64,000 nucleotides of DNA from Eledone cirrhosa (lineage: Eukaryota), in contig OZ024740.1 in assembly GCA_964016885.1 (NCBI GenBank), positions 36,642,001 through 36,706,000 on the forward strand, written 5' to 3'. The notes beneath the pieces were generated by a model. The model was not told the origin of the DNA, searched no databases, and saw only the letters and a list, made by a program, of their open reading frames with translations. The position numbers were made by a program, and so were the translations under genes. Positions 13,629 to 27,843 of this stretch are shown here, in pieces (the stretch's first letter is position 1; each line of letters opens with the position of its first letter).

Positions 13629-13721
13629 CATATGTCCGTATATATACATCCGTTCACACATACATGCATACACACACACACATACACATATATATATATA
13701 TATATAGAGAGAGAGAGGCAT

Positions 13722-13812
<91 letters not shown>

Positions 13813-13907
13813 CATATATATATATACATATATGTACACATAAACACATACAGACACATACACACATATACATACATATACACATATATGTATATCTATA
13901 TATATAT

Positions 13908-13958
<51 letters not shown>

Positions 13959-14076
13959 CATACACATACACATACACATACAAATACATAAATACACACA
14001 TACATATATACACACATACATATACATACATATATATATATATATATATGCGTGTATGTATGTGTGTGCATGTATA

Positions 14077-14125
<49 letters not shown>

Positions 14126-14211
14126 ATATATACATATATATACATACACACACATACATACACACATATATACACATATATGTGTACACACAAGCACATA
14201 AAGACACATAT

Positions 14212-14260
<49 letters not shown>

Positions 14261-14499
14261 TATACACATACACCTACATACATACCTACATATACACATA
14301 CAGAAACATACATATATGTACACACATATATACATATAAGCACATACATACACACACACACATATATAGATACATACATATACATACACACACATATAAA
14401 CATATATCTATATATATATATACATATATACATATATACATATACAAACATACACATACATACATATACATATACATATATATACACACATACACAGAC

Positions 14500-14532
<33 letters not shown>

Positions 14533-14640
14533 TACAAACATACACACATCCATACATATATATACACACACATATACACACCCACATACATATATACCCA
14601 CACGTACATACATCCATAAATACCTACACACACATATGTG
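13523..14640. repeat. Compound (TA)n/(CA)n/(TACA)n microsatellite
   Basis: Seen directly; it is the source of the IY/HT/CV pseudo-ORFs. Confidence 0.95.
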
Positions 14641-14644
14641 TGTG

Positions 14645-16738
14645 TCTCACCGTTCACTCAGATATCCATGTGTACACATAAGAAGAGGGGGGGGGGGGTA
14701 GTGAAATGGAATTTTACCTCCGAGTGTTAATTCATTTTTTCGTGTTCAGTAGTGGTTTAAATTTTTCAATGATGAATTCTTCTTTATATCTGCGGAAATG
14801 TTCGTTATCCGACCATATCTTGAAGAAAGGGAAGATTGTGAATTTTCCCTTCCCGCATGATGCAAAGTGTGCGCTACATGTGGTATTTCTGACTGTGGGG
14901 TCTTTAATTTGTTGTTTATGTACCCGGACTCTATCATGTAATCCCGTTCCGGTTTCCCCAATGTAATACTCTTTACACTGTGGACATGTTGCGCAATATA
15001 TTAGGTTTTTCGTTTTGCAGTTCATGTTTGCATTGACCTTGAAATTATCATGGTTTTTGAAGGACAACTGTTTGCCCTCTTCGATGAGTTCACAGGTTCC
15101 ACATCTAGGGTCCCCCAATGTCGTCACTTGCATTGATTCCATGTTGGTCGTCAATTTTGCCTTGGTAATTAGTTTTTTAAGGTTGGGTGCTTGGCGTCTG
15201 CTATAAATTATCTGTGCATTTTGGTAGATTGCTGTAGAATCGGGAGATACTGTTTAGCAGTTTTCACAATGTTGATGTTCCCTGGGTTGTGAGTGATGAC
15301 AAAAGAGATAGCAGGGTTTTCTTTTTTATGTTGTGGGTTTGGTTTTCTCAGTGTTGTTATTGGGATGTTCTTAGCCTTGGAGATGGCTGTGTTGATGAGT
15401 TTCATCGGGTATTCTTGTTTTTTAAGGAATTTTTTCAGGTCACATAATCTTTTTTCTTGTAGTACGGGGTGTGTTGCTATAGTGCAGATGCGCCTTGCCA
15501 TGTTGAAGGGAATGTTCCTTTTCGTATGTGAGGGGTGTGCTGACCGGAAATTTAAGTATTGGTGTGTGTCAGTGGGTTTGCAAAATAGGTCCGTTATGAT
15601 ATTTTCCCCTTCTTTAATGATGAGGATCTCTAGAAAGGGCAGTTCCTTTTCGTTACATTCCATAGTGAATTGTATAGCTTCATGAAGCCTGTTTAAGATC
15701 GAATAGAATTTTTTGTAGCTCTGTTTGGCTTCTGTTCCAGAAAATGAAGCAGTCATCTAGGTAACGTTTCCAGTTTTTATTAATGTAGAAGGCGAAGTCG
15801 TGACTGAATGTTATCTGTAGTTGGGAATATAATTTTGCCTCTAAGTGACCCATAACGAACGTTGCATATGTAGGGGCCACTTTGGTACCCATGGCTGTTC
15901 CTTTTATTTGTAGATAAAGTTCGTTGTCAAAGAGGAAGTGGTTGTTTTCCAATACTAATTTAAATCCTTCCAAGATGAATTCTTTGGGGAATCTTTCTGA
16001 AATGTGACTTGAGTGTTTTGTAATCCAGAAGTCCACAGCTTCAATCCCTAGGTCGTGTGGGATGTTAGTGTACAGGCTTATTACATCAAAACTGACTAGG
16101 ATTGTATCCTGGTGTACTTTTGGGGATATAGTTAAGGAATTCCATATCATCTCTGATGTAGCTTGGAACTTTTTTACATAGGGGTTTGAGTATGATGTCT
16201 AATAGGTTGCTTAGACGTTGTGTGCTTGAGGCTGGGCCAGCAATAATGGGGCGTAATTTTAAGTCTGTCGGTTTTGGTGCTTCGATGTATGATGTACTTT
16301 TCCTTTTTATGTTGTTTTGGATTTCTATGGATTTGTGAATTTTTGGTAATCCATAGACATTTCTGGTTTTCATTTCGAAGTTGGTTAGGTAATCTACTTC
16401 TTTTGGTGTTAGGTTGTTTTGGTACTTTGTTGTTAGTTTGCCTATTTGGTTCCTCGATTTCCTTTCTTCGTTTTTAGTGATTTTCCTGTAGAAGTTTTCA
16501 TCATTCAAGTGTACTAGAACCATATCTTTGTAGTGGTTTGTGTCGATGATGACGATTGCTTCATATTTGTCCGCTTCTTTTATTATTATTGAGGAATCCC
16601 TTTGTAGCTTGTTCAATGCTAGTAGTTGGTCTGTAGGGATGTTGCGTTTGTGTTTCGTCTCGACCGTATTTGTACGTGCTGATCGGCGAAGGCAGGTTAT
16701 GTACTCCTCCAGGTACTTATCTCTATTAAGCGGGGGTA
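14645..16738 (-). mobile_element. Penelope-like retroelement, Neptune-like, 5'-truncated and frameshifted
   Basis: ORF pieces contain KEADK, YGLPKIHK, LRPIIAG, FDVISLYTNIP, GTAMGTKVAPTYA, WKRYLDDCF, CGTC and NLIYCATCPQCKEYYIGET. Confidence 0.92.
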
Positions 16739-16771
16739 TACATACATATATATATATACATATATATATAT

Positions 16772-16870
16772 ATTAATATAGATGAGATTCTACAGGACTA
16801 GGATTATTTAATTCTTTAGAAATCATCAGGATTGAAACAGTTCTAGTCCTGTAGAATCTCATCTATATTA
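16772..16870. repeat. Fold-back mini-insert (inverted arms ~27 bp) in (TA)n
   Basis: atatagatgagattctacaggactag ... ctagtcctgtagaatctcatctatat. Confidence 0.85.
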
Positions 16871-16959
16871 AAACTTTTATACTCTGCTATGTATTGAGTA
16901 CTTTACTGTGGTTACCTCCGATTCAACCCGGAATAACTTACCTATATATATAATATATA

Positions 16960-17358
<399 letters not shown>

Positions 17359-17399
17359 GAGAATTCACAAGAATCAAAGCTATGTTCAAAGCATTTATT

Positions 17400-17446
17400 C
17401 ACTTACAATTGTTTCATCCAAACCTAGGCTTGGTGTCTTCGGAGCA
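17400..17446 (-). ncRNA. Minimal hammerhead ribozyme (CCGAAGA core) in Naiad pLTR
   Basis: tgct-CCGAAGA-caccaagc ctag gtttggat-GAAA-caattg-TA-agtg, with palindromic stem III. Confidence 0.55.
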
Positions 17447-17761
17447 TTTTTCAATCTTTGTACACATAATTGACCTCCTTTCCAACGCAAGAGACATACA
17501 GATACATATGCATATATTGATATACAGTGGAGTGACATATATTATATTATATTATTTCTGTATAGCAATTCAAATTCAAAATCAAAATCACATTAAAACA
17601 AAATTTTGAATTTGAATTGCTATACAGAAATAATATAATATAATATATGTCACTCCACTGTACATCAATATATGCATATGTATCTGTATGTCTCTTGCGT
17701 TGGAAAAGAGGTCAATTATGTGTACAAACATTGAAAAATGCTCCGAAGACTCTAGTATGGG

Positions 17762-20115
17762 TCTCTAGTAGACAGAGGTTACATAATTTATTAGGTGGTT
17801 TGTACGATGCCGCCTTACCTATCACTTCCCATTTAAGTGTATAAGATCTATTTTTAGTTTTTAGATAGTGTATGTAGCTAGATAGTGAAGTGGAGTTGGC
17901 TAGACAGTTTTTTTGAAAGAATGGAGGTGTGAATTGTATCTGGTTTTGAAGCAGTTTGAAGTAGAGCCTATATAGGTTTCAGAAGAGTTGCTAGTTATGA
18001 CGGTGCATGAGTATGATTTCCTTGATTAAGCATTTTTTATCTAAAGGGCAGGTTCTATTAGATCTACAGTTAAAATTATTTTGGATGTTAACCTGCCGGT
18101 TATTATGTTGTGTAGAAGTCGGGTTGTTAGTTGTTGCATTATGGTTATGGGGGTTGTCGCTCTCAGCGTTATTGCTTACACTAGTGCTATTACTATTATT
18201 ACTATTGATATCAGGGTTAGTAGATATAATGTTATTTTGAAGGTTTACCCCCTGCCGTGTTTTAGTTTGTTGAAAGTAAGTATTAATTTTTCTTTTATTG
18301 CTACTAGCTATGTGGTATGCTATGTTAGGCGTGGTAGAGTAGGAGATTTTAATTGTGTTTTTGTTTATAAGTCTATGGTACTTGTGGCCAGATGGGAAGT
18401 TTTTATCCAGGAGTGAGAAGAAAGCCTTAGGTAGGCTGGTAGAGACGTTTAGATTGAAAGGAGGGTTGAAAAATGTATTATTTCTTCTTCTATTTTTGTT
18501 TTTTATGTCTGGTGAGATGCTTCCGTTTATGGTATTATGGTGACTTCTGTGGTATGGGTTACGTTTGTTGCCATCCTTCGTATTAGTGTGTGTGTAGTTG
18601 TCATTCGTATTACTATTTTTCCTCAGGGACATATTGTGCGAAATAATTGTGTAACTATGTGTTTTTGTAGGTAGGAACTCGATCTCATTATTATGGCCTG
18701 ATCTAGCTAATGCCTGGTTATTATATTGCGAGTTTTTGCTAAATATGTTTTCGTCATAAGATAGATAAGAGATACTATTCGATATTCCCTTAGAGATAGA
18801 GTTTAATATTGATCTAGGGTGGTTAGACTTGGTATCTTCGTAAATCAGTTTTTCATTAGGTTTATGGAATGGTGTATATATCCTAGAGTCTAGGTAGGGG
18901 GTGGCATCTAGGAAGTTAACGTTTTTAGTGTTTTTGTCTATGGTGATACTTAGGTTATAGTTTTTGAAAGTCTTGTTCAATAGTTTTCTAGTTCTTTCTA
19001 TATTTAATTATGTATAGTCTATAAGGAGAAGTGCATCATCGCGATACAAACCACCGTTGAGGTATGGAAGATCCTTATGGATTTCGTTTAGTAAATATAG
19101 GCCCACCAAATCAGTGACCTCCGCCGAGTCACTAGATCCCATGGTTATGTCGACGTTGTTTTGTGTGTCCTTGCGGGTCCATAACTGGTCTTCAAAAGTG
19201 ATTACGGTTTTACGGGCCGCAAGTATGACATCAATCTGGGGTCTAGTCAGGTCACTATTGTTCATGGCCATAATTAGTGCATTATTTAATAGGATAGGGG
19301 AAATAGAGGTGTGGTATGAATTGATATCAAATTGAATACATTTGTTATCTTTGTTTTCCTTGATATCCTTGAACCATTCAATAACTTCACCTGTATTTCC
19401 CCATTGTTTAAGTTATATTTTGTGTTTAATCTGTGGGATGATTTTATCTAAAATTTTCTTACTGATAATGCCAATGTCAGACTTGGAAGGGCAGATTAGT
19501 CTAATCGAGGGGTTGCTAATGAAATCCTCCTTATGGTAGTTCAGAAAGAATCTAGGGGGGGTTTGGGGTGTATGGTTGGGTTTGGGGTGTATGTCTCTGA
19601 AGTCCTAGTTTGAACACTATATTACAGCCTTCTATATTAATTTCTTCTAAGTTTTTCATGGTAGTTTTCTTGTAGATCTTATGTAGTTCATTATATATAA
19701 ACTTTCTATATGTATCATAATCTAGGCTGCATATGTTATTAGTTTTGTCCGCATGAACAATAATTTTGCTACTTGTTTTGAATTCATTAATAGAGGAGTT
19801 AAGTTTGTTTAAGAAGGTGTTGTTTTTATTACGATGCTTTTTGTATTTAATGTTCTTAACTAGTTTTATTAGGTCATTTTCAAAGGAGTTTAGTAGTGTG
19901 TTGTGAGAGGGGCTTCTAAAAGTTTTAAAGCCGAAGGAGTCGAATTTGTTAGTATTATCAACTTTGTTAGATTTGTTTTTATCATAATGGAATGTCCTCC
20001 ATCTCACTCTATTGATAAAGGAGTTGACACTGTTGATTAATAATTTCTCATATGTATTCTTGGGTGGTATTGGTATGTTCTTGGTTGACATAGGGAGTTG
20101 GTCTTTGATCAGCAT
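17762..20115 (-). pseudogene. Naiad-like RT/GIY-YIG ORF with stops and frameshifts
   Basis: ORF pieces 19552-20115, 19008-19271 and 17991-18980, plus intervening in-frame remnants. Confidence 0.85.
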
Positions 20116-20368
20116 ACTGGTAATTTATTGTATGTTAGCTCAACAGTATGGAGCAGTTAATAATATTAAGGATACTATTTACGGTTATGTATATACTAAA
20201 ACTTTTTATAGTTATATATATTTTAAACCCTAAACAGTGAAGGTCAGTAATTTATTACTACCTTATTACCAGTACGATAAATAGCTCAATGTAATAACAT
20301 CAGTTGTTGTTCTACATAGCAGTTATATAGAATTCACAAGAATCAAAGCTATGTTCAAAGCATTTATT

Positions 20369-20415
20369 CACTTACAATTGTTTCATCCAAACCTAGTCTT
20401 GATGTCTTCGGAGCA
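20369..20415 (-). ncRNA. Minimal hammerhead ribozyme (CCGAAGA core) in Naiad pLTR, copy 2
   Basis: tgct-CCGAAGA-catcaagactaggtttggat-GAAA-caattg-TA-agtg. A third, mutated copy is at 22129-22175 (+). Confidence 0.55.
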
Positions 20416-21888
20416 TTTTTCAATCTTTGTACACATAATTGACCTCCTTTCAACGCAAGAGACATACAGATACATATGCATATATTGATGTACAGTGGAG
20501 TGACATATATTATATTATATTATTTCTGTATAGCAATTCAAATTCAAAATCAAAATCACATTAAAACAAAATTAAAGCAAAATTAAAATACAATCAGCAG
20601 TTAACATAGATAATGCAAGACGATAGTTTGTTAGTCAGATGTAGTAGTTATTTTATGCGTTAGTTACACGTGGGGCATGCACGTGTGTCTCATTTATATA
20701 TGATTATTGTGTGGCAGGGTGTCATATGTAATAGAAGCACTTTAAGCGGTAAGAGTATTATGGAGGTTGTAGTGGTAAGGTATTTTTTGTATATGACAAA
20801 GAAGTATGTGTGCAGAAAAATAGTAATATAAAGGAGAAGTAAAAGAAAGCTATGGTTTTTGTACCCACCACCATTTTCACATTCAGGAAATGTAATATAT
20901 AGTTTATACATCCTTCACATAATTAACGATGATTCCGTATTGGATGTTTGATGCATTAAATTAAATTATTTTAGCTTGTTGCGGCTCAGTGTTTTTTAAT
21001 CCAATTTTATAGAGCAGGTTGTTTCTGTTGCGAGAATTTACATTGGTTTATTATCCGGAAGTATGTGTGTAATTAAGGGGAGTTAATGAGTAAGGGGCGG
21101 TAACTAGCTGATTTCTATAACTAAATTTATTATTCCAACATACATTATAAGGTGTCTCAATTGAGTCCCTTATATAGACGCTTATATATTCAGTTTCCAA
21201 TTTTAAGTATCCTATTTTTAATTACAGTCTACTCTATCATGAACTACTAAAGGTATCTATATTAGGATGATTACTCCCTATCATAGAGTGCTATAACTGA
21301 ATATTCCATACAAAGAGCCACATCTTTATATCAAAGTTCTTTGCAAATGTAGTCTACTTACAGAACCTGTCAGGGGACCTATTAGATCTACGTCTATATA
21401 ACCGCTGGTAAGTTCTGGAGCAGCGTATGGCTGACTGCATGGCAAAGCTAAATACATCTCTAGGGCAGACCAAAGAACATTTTTCACTTACAATGTCGTT
21501 AATCTATCCATCAAGTTATACATGCATATATAACTCACATACCATTCATACATAATTCATTGCACTCAACATATAGGTTATACAGATCTCTTATGTTAAT
21601 AAATTAATCTTATATATATCCAATGATAGCACTCCATACATACACATACATTTGCACAAATAATTCATTGTCGAATCTGGTATTTAGAGTTTACATAGAC
21701 TGTATTGTATCACTATATAATTATAAGTAATTGAAAGCAATTATACTAAAAGTAGGTGTACATGGGGATATTTCTAGGGTATAAAGTCATAGATAGATGG
21801 AACGATTTGTGTTAAGATAGGGTGGATCAGTGAGTGTGGAGTTGTTTTAATGTGATTTTGATTTTGAATTTGAATTGCTATACAGAAA

Positions 21889-22005
21889 TAATTGTTTCTA
21901 CTTTAGGCACAAGGCCAGCAATTACCCAGTGCATTACTGGTACTTTATTTTATCGACCCCGTAAGGATGAAAGGTAAAGTCAACCTCGGCGGGATTTGAA
22001 CTCAG
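21889..22005 (-). mobile_element. tRNA-derived SINE, 5'-truncated, inserted in the Naiad inverted pLTR
   Basis: Matches the SINE at 40591-40771. The flanking attgctatacagaaataat is duplicated. Confidence 0.85.
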
Positions 22006-22553
22006 ATTGCTATACAGAAATAATATAATATAATATATGTCACTCCACTGTACATCAATATATGCATATGTATCTGTATGTCTCTTGCGTTGGAAAGGAT
22101 GTCAATTATGTGTACAAAGATTGAAAAATGCTCCGCAGACACCAAGCCTAGGTTTGGATGAAACAATTGTAAGTGAATAAATGCTTTGAACATAGCTTTG
22201 ATTCTTGTGAATTCTATATAACTGCTCTGTAGAACAACTGATGTTATTACATTGAGCTATTTATCTTACTGGTAATAAGGTAGTAATAAATTACTGACCT
22301 TCACTGTTTAGGGTTTAAAATATATATAACTATAAAAAGTTTTAGTATATACATAACCATAAATAGTATCCTTAATATTATATATATATATATATATATT
22401 TTTTTTTTTCAGTATATGTTGGTTGTATACCAACACCTCAGTATGCAGGCTGGAGCACTCGACGAAGTGCGCAGGTTGGTTTGGTTACTCCGGAGTAATG
22501 TAAAATAAAGTTAAATAAAAAGTCAAATGTTTAAAATTTAGCTTCGTTTATTG

Positions 22554-22606
22554 CTGCTATATATATTTCAGTGACAGCCATCTTTGACTGTGACCTCTTC
22601 AGGCAG
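22554..22606 (-). ncRNA. Minimal type I hammerhead ribozyme
   Basis: ctgc-CTGAAGA-ggtcacagtc aaagat ggctgtcact-GAAA-tatata-TA-gcag. The core is intact, helix I is 4 bp and stem III is palindromic. Confidence 0.75.
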
Positions 22607-22616
22607 TCCGAATTAG

Positions 22617-22833
22617 TTGGGTATAGACAAGTACATATGTTGTTGAGGTGTATAATATTGTCAATACTCTGATATGCCCAGTTCTTGGTTGGGTTGTTAT
22701 TTCACTGAGGAACTGGAATCATATCCGTTTAGTGTGGTATAGACAGGTACATATGTTGTTGAGGTGTATAATATTGTCAATACTCTGATATGCCCAGTTC
22801 CTGGTTGGGTTGTTATTTCACTGAACAACTGGA

Positions 22834-22838
<5 letters not shown>
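22617..22838. repeat. ~118-bp direct duplication
   Basis: ggtatagaca..tacatatgttgttgaggtg...ggaatcatat is present twice. Confidence 0.85.
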
Positions 22839-22886
<48 letters not shown>

Positions 22887-22916
22887 AGATCAAAAGATGG
22901 TTAAAGGAGTTCCATG

Positions 22917-22987
22917 TATTTTATTATGCGCATTTCAAAAACAAACATCATCATGCAATAATATTTGTGTTTTCATCAGATAAAACA
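22917..22987 (-). ncRNA. Minimal type I hammerhead ribozyme
   Basis: tgttttat-CTGATGA-aaacacaaatatt...gatgtttgttttt-GAAA-tgcgca-TA-ataaaata. Confidence 0.78.
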
Positions 22988-23227
22988 GGAGGACATGATA
23001 TGAAGGCTAAAAAACACTTGTGGATAGTGCAGTTTTAAATCAACATATGAAAAGTAGTTTTAGATTGATGTGTGATATTGGAAAAAATATTTTATTTAGA
23101 GAGGGGGGGGGGGGGGATGAAAAAATATTTTTCACAATATCACACATCAATCTAAAACTACTTTTCATATGTTGATTTAAAACTGCACTATCCACAAGTG
23201 TTTTTTAGCCTTCATATCATGTCCTCC

Positions 23228-23298
23228 TGTTTTATCTGATGAAAACACAAATATTATTGCATGATGATGTTTGTTTTTGAAATGCGCATAATAAAATA
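23228..23298 (+). ncRNA. Minimal type I hammerhead ribozyme (inverted twin)
   Basis: The same motif as 22917-22987, on the plus strand. Confidence 0.78.
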
Positions 23299-23424
23299 CA
23301 TGAAACTCCTTTAACCATCTTTTGATCTTATATATTATGTATACTCCAGTCCTACAAACTGTAGAGTGCTTCTTATCCGATATCTGCATTGCTTTATTGT
23401 ACTACAATAAAACTCACCTCCTAC

Positions 23425-23484
<60 letters not shown>

Positions 23485-24016
23485 TTAAAACAATGAAATA
23501 AAAAATCAAGTCATTAGAGATATACTTTACTGCTTTACGATCGTTTCTAGATGGTGATAATACATTGTATCTATACTCAGTTATTGATCTATGTAAGTTT
23601 ACAAACTATCAGATAGAGAGAATATTTATTTACACGCATATCACCAGCTGTTTTTAAAAGCAATAATAATTGTTTCTACTTTAGGCACAAGGCCAGTAAT
23701 TATCCAGTGCATTACTGGTACTTTTATTCAATAATAATTTTACTCAGAATTAGTATCATGTCCATATTTGGAGGTAGTTGAAGAACTGACGAATCAAATT
23801 GTTTTTTTCATATGGTGTTAAGATGAAAAGTAATACATTTTAGTTGAGGTCATGACCCTTTGAAAGGAATGGTTGAAAGGTGTTAGTAGAAATGGCATAA
23901 CAATCTATTAGGAAGGAAGTGTGTATATATATATATACACACAATAAAACTAGATAACAAAGTAAATAACACAAAACAATGAAGATGTATACGAGTTTAA
24001 TGCTTGATATAGAAGG

Positions 24017-24018
<2 letters not shown>

Positions 24019-24083
<65 letters not shown>

Positions 24084-24110
24084 GATGTGTATGTGTGTGT
24101 GTGGATGTGA

Positions 24111-24158
<48 letters not shown>

Positions 24159-25130
24159 ATGTGTATGTGTGTGTGTGGATGTGACTATGTGTGTGTGTGT
24201 GTGTGTGTGTGTTTGTGTGTGTGTGTTTGTGTGTGGATGTGTGTGTGTGTGGATGTGTATGTGTGGATGTGACTATGTGTCTGTGTGTGTGTGACTGTGT
24301 GTGTGTGTGGATATGACTGTGTATGTGTGTGTTTGTATGTGTCTTTGTGTGTCTGTGTGCGTGTCTGTGTGTCTGTGTGGATGTGTGCATGTGTGTGTAT
24401 GTGACTATGTGTCTGTGTGTGTGTGTGTGTCTGTGTGTGTGTGTGTGTGGATGTGTGTGTGTGGATGTGACTATGTGTCTGTGTGTGTGTGACTGTGTGT
24501 GTGTGTCTGTGTGGATGTGACTGTGTGTGTGTGTGTGTGTGTGTGTCTGTGTGTGTCTGTGTGTGGATGTGACTATGTGTCTGTGTGTGTGCGACTGTGT
24601 GTGTGTGTGTGGATGTGACAGTTTGTGTGTGTATGTGTGGATGTGACTATGTGTCTGTGTGTGTGTGTGTGTATGTGTGTGTGTGACTGTGACTATGTGT
24701 GTATGTGTGTGTGTATATGTGACAATGTGTCTGTGTGTGTGTGTATGTGTGTGTGTGTCTGACTGCGACTATGTGTGTATGTGTGTGTGTGGATGTGACT
24801 GTGTCTGTGTGTGCGTGTGTGTGTGGATGTGATTGTATGACTATGTGTGTATGTGTGTGTGTGTGGATGTGACTGTGTGACTATGTGTGTATGTGTGTGT
24901 GTGGATGTGACTATGTGTGTGTGTGTGTGTGTGTATGTGTGTGTGTGGATGTGACTGTGTGACTATGTGTGTATGTGTGTGTGTGGATGAGATTGTGTGA
25001 CTATGTGTGTATGTGTGTGTGGATGTGACTGTGTGACTATGTGTGTATATGTGTGTGTGGATGTGACTATGTGTCTGTGTGTGTGTGTATGCGTGTGTGT
25101 GTGTGTGACTGTGTGACTATGTGTGTATGA
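24019..25130. repeat. (TG)n-based compound minisatellite with recurring ggatgtgactat
   Basis: Seen directly. Confidence 0.9.
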
Positions 25131-25281
25131 GTGTACCAATGAAAGAGGATGAGAGAAAGGAATCGATAAGTATACCATTATTTTATATTTTTCGCGCACC
25201 AACGTATGTATTTTTTATACACATACATACATACATAAATACATACACATATACACACACACATACATACATACATACATA

Positions 25282-25850
25282 CATGGTGGCTGCCAACTCG
25301 TTTTCGAGTACGGCCACTACTTTATATCTATGTAGGAGAACCCCTACCGATGCGCTGAACGAGTGTGACTTTTTAATCCAGCCAGCGACTTGAAAACTCT
25401 GGTACAAACACTACACTTGTGACGACAAGTGCAGAGAGATCTCCAGATATAAAGCAATGCCTGTGCCGTTAAGCTTTTATAGTGAGCAAAGGCACTGCAC
25501 AAAACCATTCCCACTCTCTTAACCAAGATGATATTTACCAAAAAGAAGAACAAGTCAACATCATTGGATACCATCAGGGTTGCAGGTGTTATATCAGAGC
25601 TTTCCTTCTCCTAGAATTCTGCCTTGACAAAGGCTAAGGGGTCATCTCTCCCGGTGATTTTGGATGGCCATTGACTCTTAAGAGCTCCTTTGCCCTTTGA
25701 CAGGTTTTGTTTTTAGTCCTGCATGATGTCCAAAGTCACCCTCCTCACCAAGAAACCTTGGTGGGGTTGCCAGTTTAGTCGCCAACGATCCGACTATGAG
25801 ACAGGTTGTACCGGGATACATGTTACCAGTAGCACCAACTGGTGACCTGA
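25282..25850 (-). mobile_element. Bipartite RTE-derived non-autonomous element, copy 2 (internal deletion); a further 3'-end fragment at 25911-25992
   Basis: Near-identical to 12910-13522. ORF 25344-25574 ends CRHKCSVCTRVFKSLAGLKSHTRSAHR. Flanked by (CATA)n. Confidence 0.8.
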
Positions 25851-26055
25851 CATACATACATACATACATACATACATACATACATACATACATACATACA
25901 TACATACATACATGGTGGCTGCCAACTCGTTTTCGAGTACGGCCACTACTTTATATCCATGTAGGAGAACCCCTACCGATGCGCTGAACGAGTACATACA
26001 TACATACATACATACATACATACATACATACATACATACATACATACATACATAC

Positions 26056-27755
26056 AATGTTCTCAAAGGATATAGGAATGGAGTTTGGCCAAGATAAATG
26101 CTCATACATGACTGTAAAGCGGGGAAAAACAACAACCCTATCTAGCAACATTGTCATCAATGGTCTAACTGTTTCACCGATATCTGATGAGGACTGCTAC
26201 AGATACCTGGGGATAGATGAGAACATATCCTATAATGGTATCTGTAATAAAGAACGCGTGACGAGGGAATATTACACCTGATTAAGAAAGATCTGCGCAA
26301 AACAAAACAGTGGCTCACAATCTGTTAGCTGTGCCTGTCCTAACACCAACGTTTGGAATACTCAATTGGACGAAAGACGAAATCCGAGCAGTTGATGTTG
26401 GAACTCGAAAAATACTAAACAACACCGGAAACTTCCACATCAACAGTGACATAGACCGCCTTTACTTGAAACGTAAGCAGGGAGGCAGAGGCCTAACATC
26501 AGTCCAGACAACATTTGAATGTCGCATCATATCTCTCCGACAACATCTACGAACCTCGAAGCGTAGGAGCCCGTTTCTTGCGCAAGTCTATCTGCATGAA
26601 ACAGATAAGATCATGAGAGTTGGGAAGGAATTCCTCGACAGATATTCCGTGTGTGTTAATCAAAAACTCACACCCAGGGATGTCGCTCAGCAGTATCGCA
26701 GTGAATCCATGGATGAAAAACTGCATGCTTATCAGCAAAAAATCATGAATGCATATGTTGCCAGGAAGCTCCAAAGTGAGAGTAATATAGATAAGGAAAG
26801 TAGTCTATCTTGGACCAACAACCCCTATATTGGCTCCCACTTTGAAGGATACGCTTTTGCAATCCAAGAACAGGAGATTAACACGAAATACCTGATTCAC
26901 AAAAGAGATAGGGATGCAGGCAAAACACCTAGATGTGATAACAAGTGCAGACTCTGCAGAACTAACATCGAGGATATCACCCATGTCATCAGCAGCTGTC
27001 CAAAGATGTCATCGCTGTACTATCTACCTATAAGGCATGATGTAGTGGCCAAAACACTGTACAATGCAGTTGTAAAAAAGATTATAAACACATTAAAAGC
27101 TACAGCAATGTGGAAGACATCCATGTACATAATATGAAAGAGTACTGGTGGAATGTTCCAGTAAAAACCCCAATAAAATGCAGGCATAACAGACCAGATA
27201 TTATGATATGGGACAGGCAGAAGAAAACATGCACAGTAGTGGAAATTAGCTGCCCAGCAGATGCCAATATAATATCAAAGATTAGTGAAAAGGAGAATAT
27301 TTATGCAGAACTGATGAGAAATCTGCAGATACTCCACCCTTATTACACCTTCAGATTTATACTGTGATTATTGGGGCACTGGGGTATGTTAGTAACTGCC
27401 TCAATACAAATCTTGAGAAGCTAGGCTTCACAGAAACAGAGAGAACACAACTAGTTAGGAAATTACAAGTACAATCCATTAATGGAGCAGTAAAAATATG
27501 TAAAACATTCAAAAAATGTTGCATCTAATAACTGCATATACACATGTACAGATACAAAGCATATACACATGCACACATACAACTCAAAACATACACATCC
27601 ACACATACAATAACATCCATATCTACGCATGCATGCACGCATGCATAATCTACCTAGTTGATGTGTAAATTCCAATGAGAGAGTCTTGTGTCTATGTTAG
27701 AAACCGACTCTCTCTCTATTGGTAAAACTTTGTGAAATTATAAAACCAGAAGAAC
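26056..27755 (+). mobile_element. R4/Dong-type non-LTR retrotransposon (REL endonuclease), 5'-truncated
   Basis: IGMEFGQDKC, YRYLGI, RLYLKRKQGGRGL, AIQEQEINTKY, zinc knuckle CRLC...HVISSC...RHD, and HNRPDIMIWD...VEISCP...EKENIY. (CATA)n on both sides. Confidence 0.88.
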
Positions 27756-27843
27756 ATACATACATACATACATACATACATAAATACATACATACATACA
27801 TACATACATACATACATACATACATACATACATACATACATAC

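Larger units (their letters stand above)
17359..22379 (-). mobile_element. Naiad-like Penelope retroelement with direct and inverted pLTR copies
   Basis: Motifs RLICPSKSDIG, QWGNTGEVIEWF, ITMGSSDSAEVTDLVGLYLL, GGLYRDDAL, FNPPF...HKYHRLINKNTIKISYS, NCRSNRTCPLDKKC, TYIGST and CNLCLLE match my knowledge of the Naiad clade. pLTR copies lie at 17359-17590 and 20160-20570 (minus) and at 17585-17755 and 21843-22379 (inverted). Confidence 0.85.
22875..23338. mobile_element. Fold-back insert (~215-bp inverted arms, G-run spacer), each arm with a hammerhead
   Basis: 22875-23092 is the reverse complement of 23118-23338. No coding sequence. Embedded in (TA)n. Confidence 0.85.

Noticed and set aside
17762-20115. 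Selenoprotein-type Naiad (in-frame TGA for Cys)
   Set aside because: The conserved Cys positions I read are TGT/TGC, and the interruptions seen are TAA or frameshifts.
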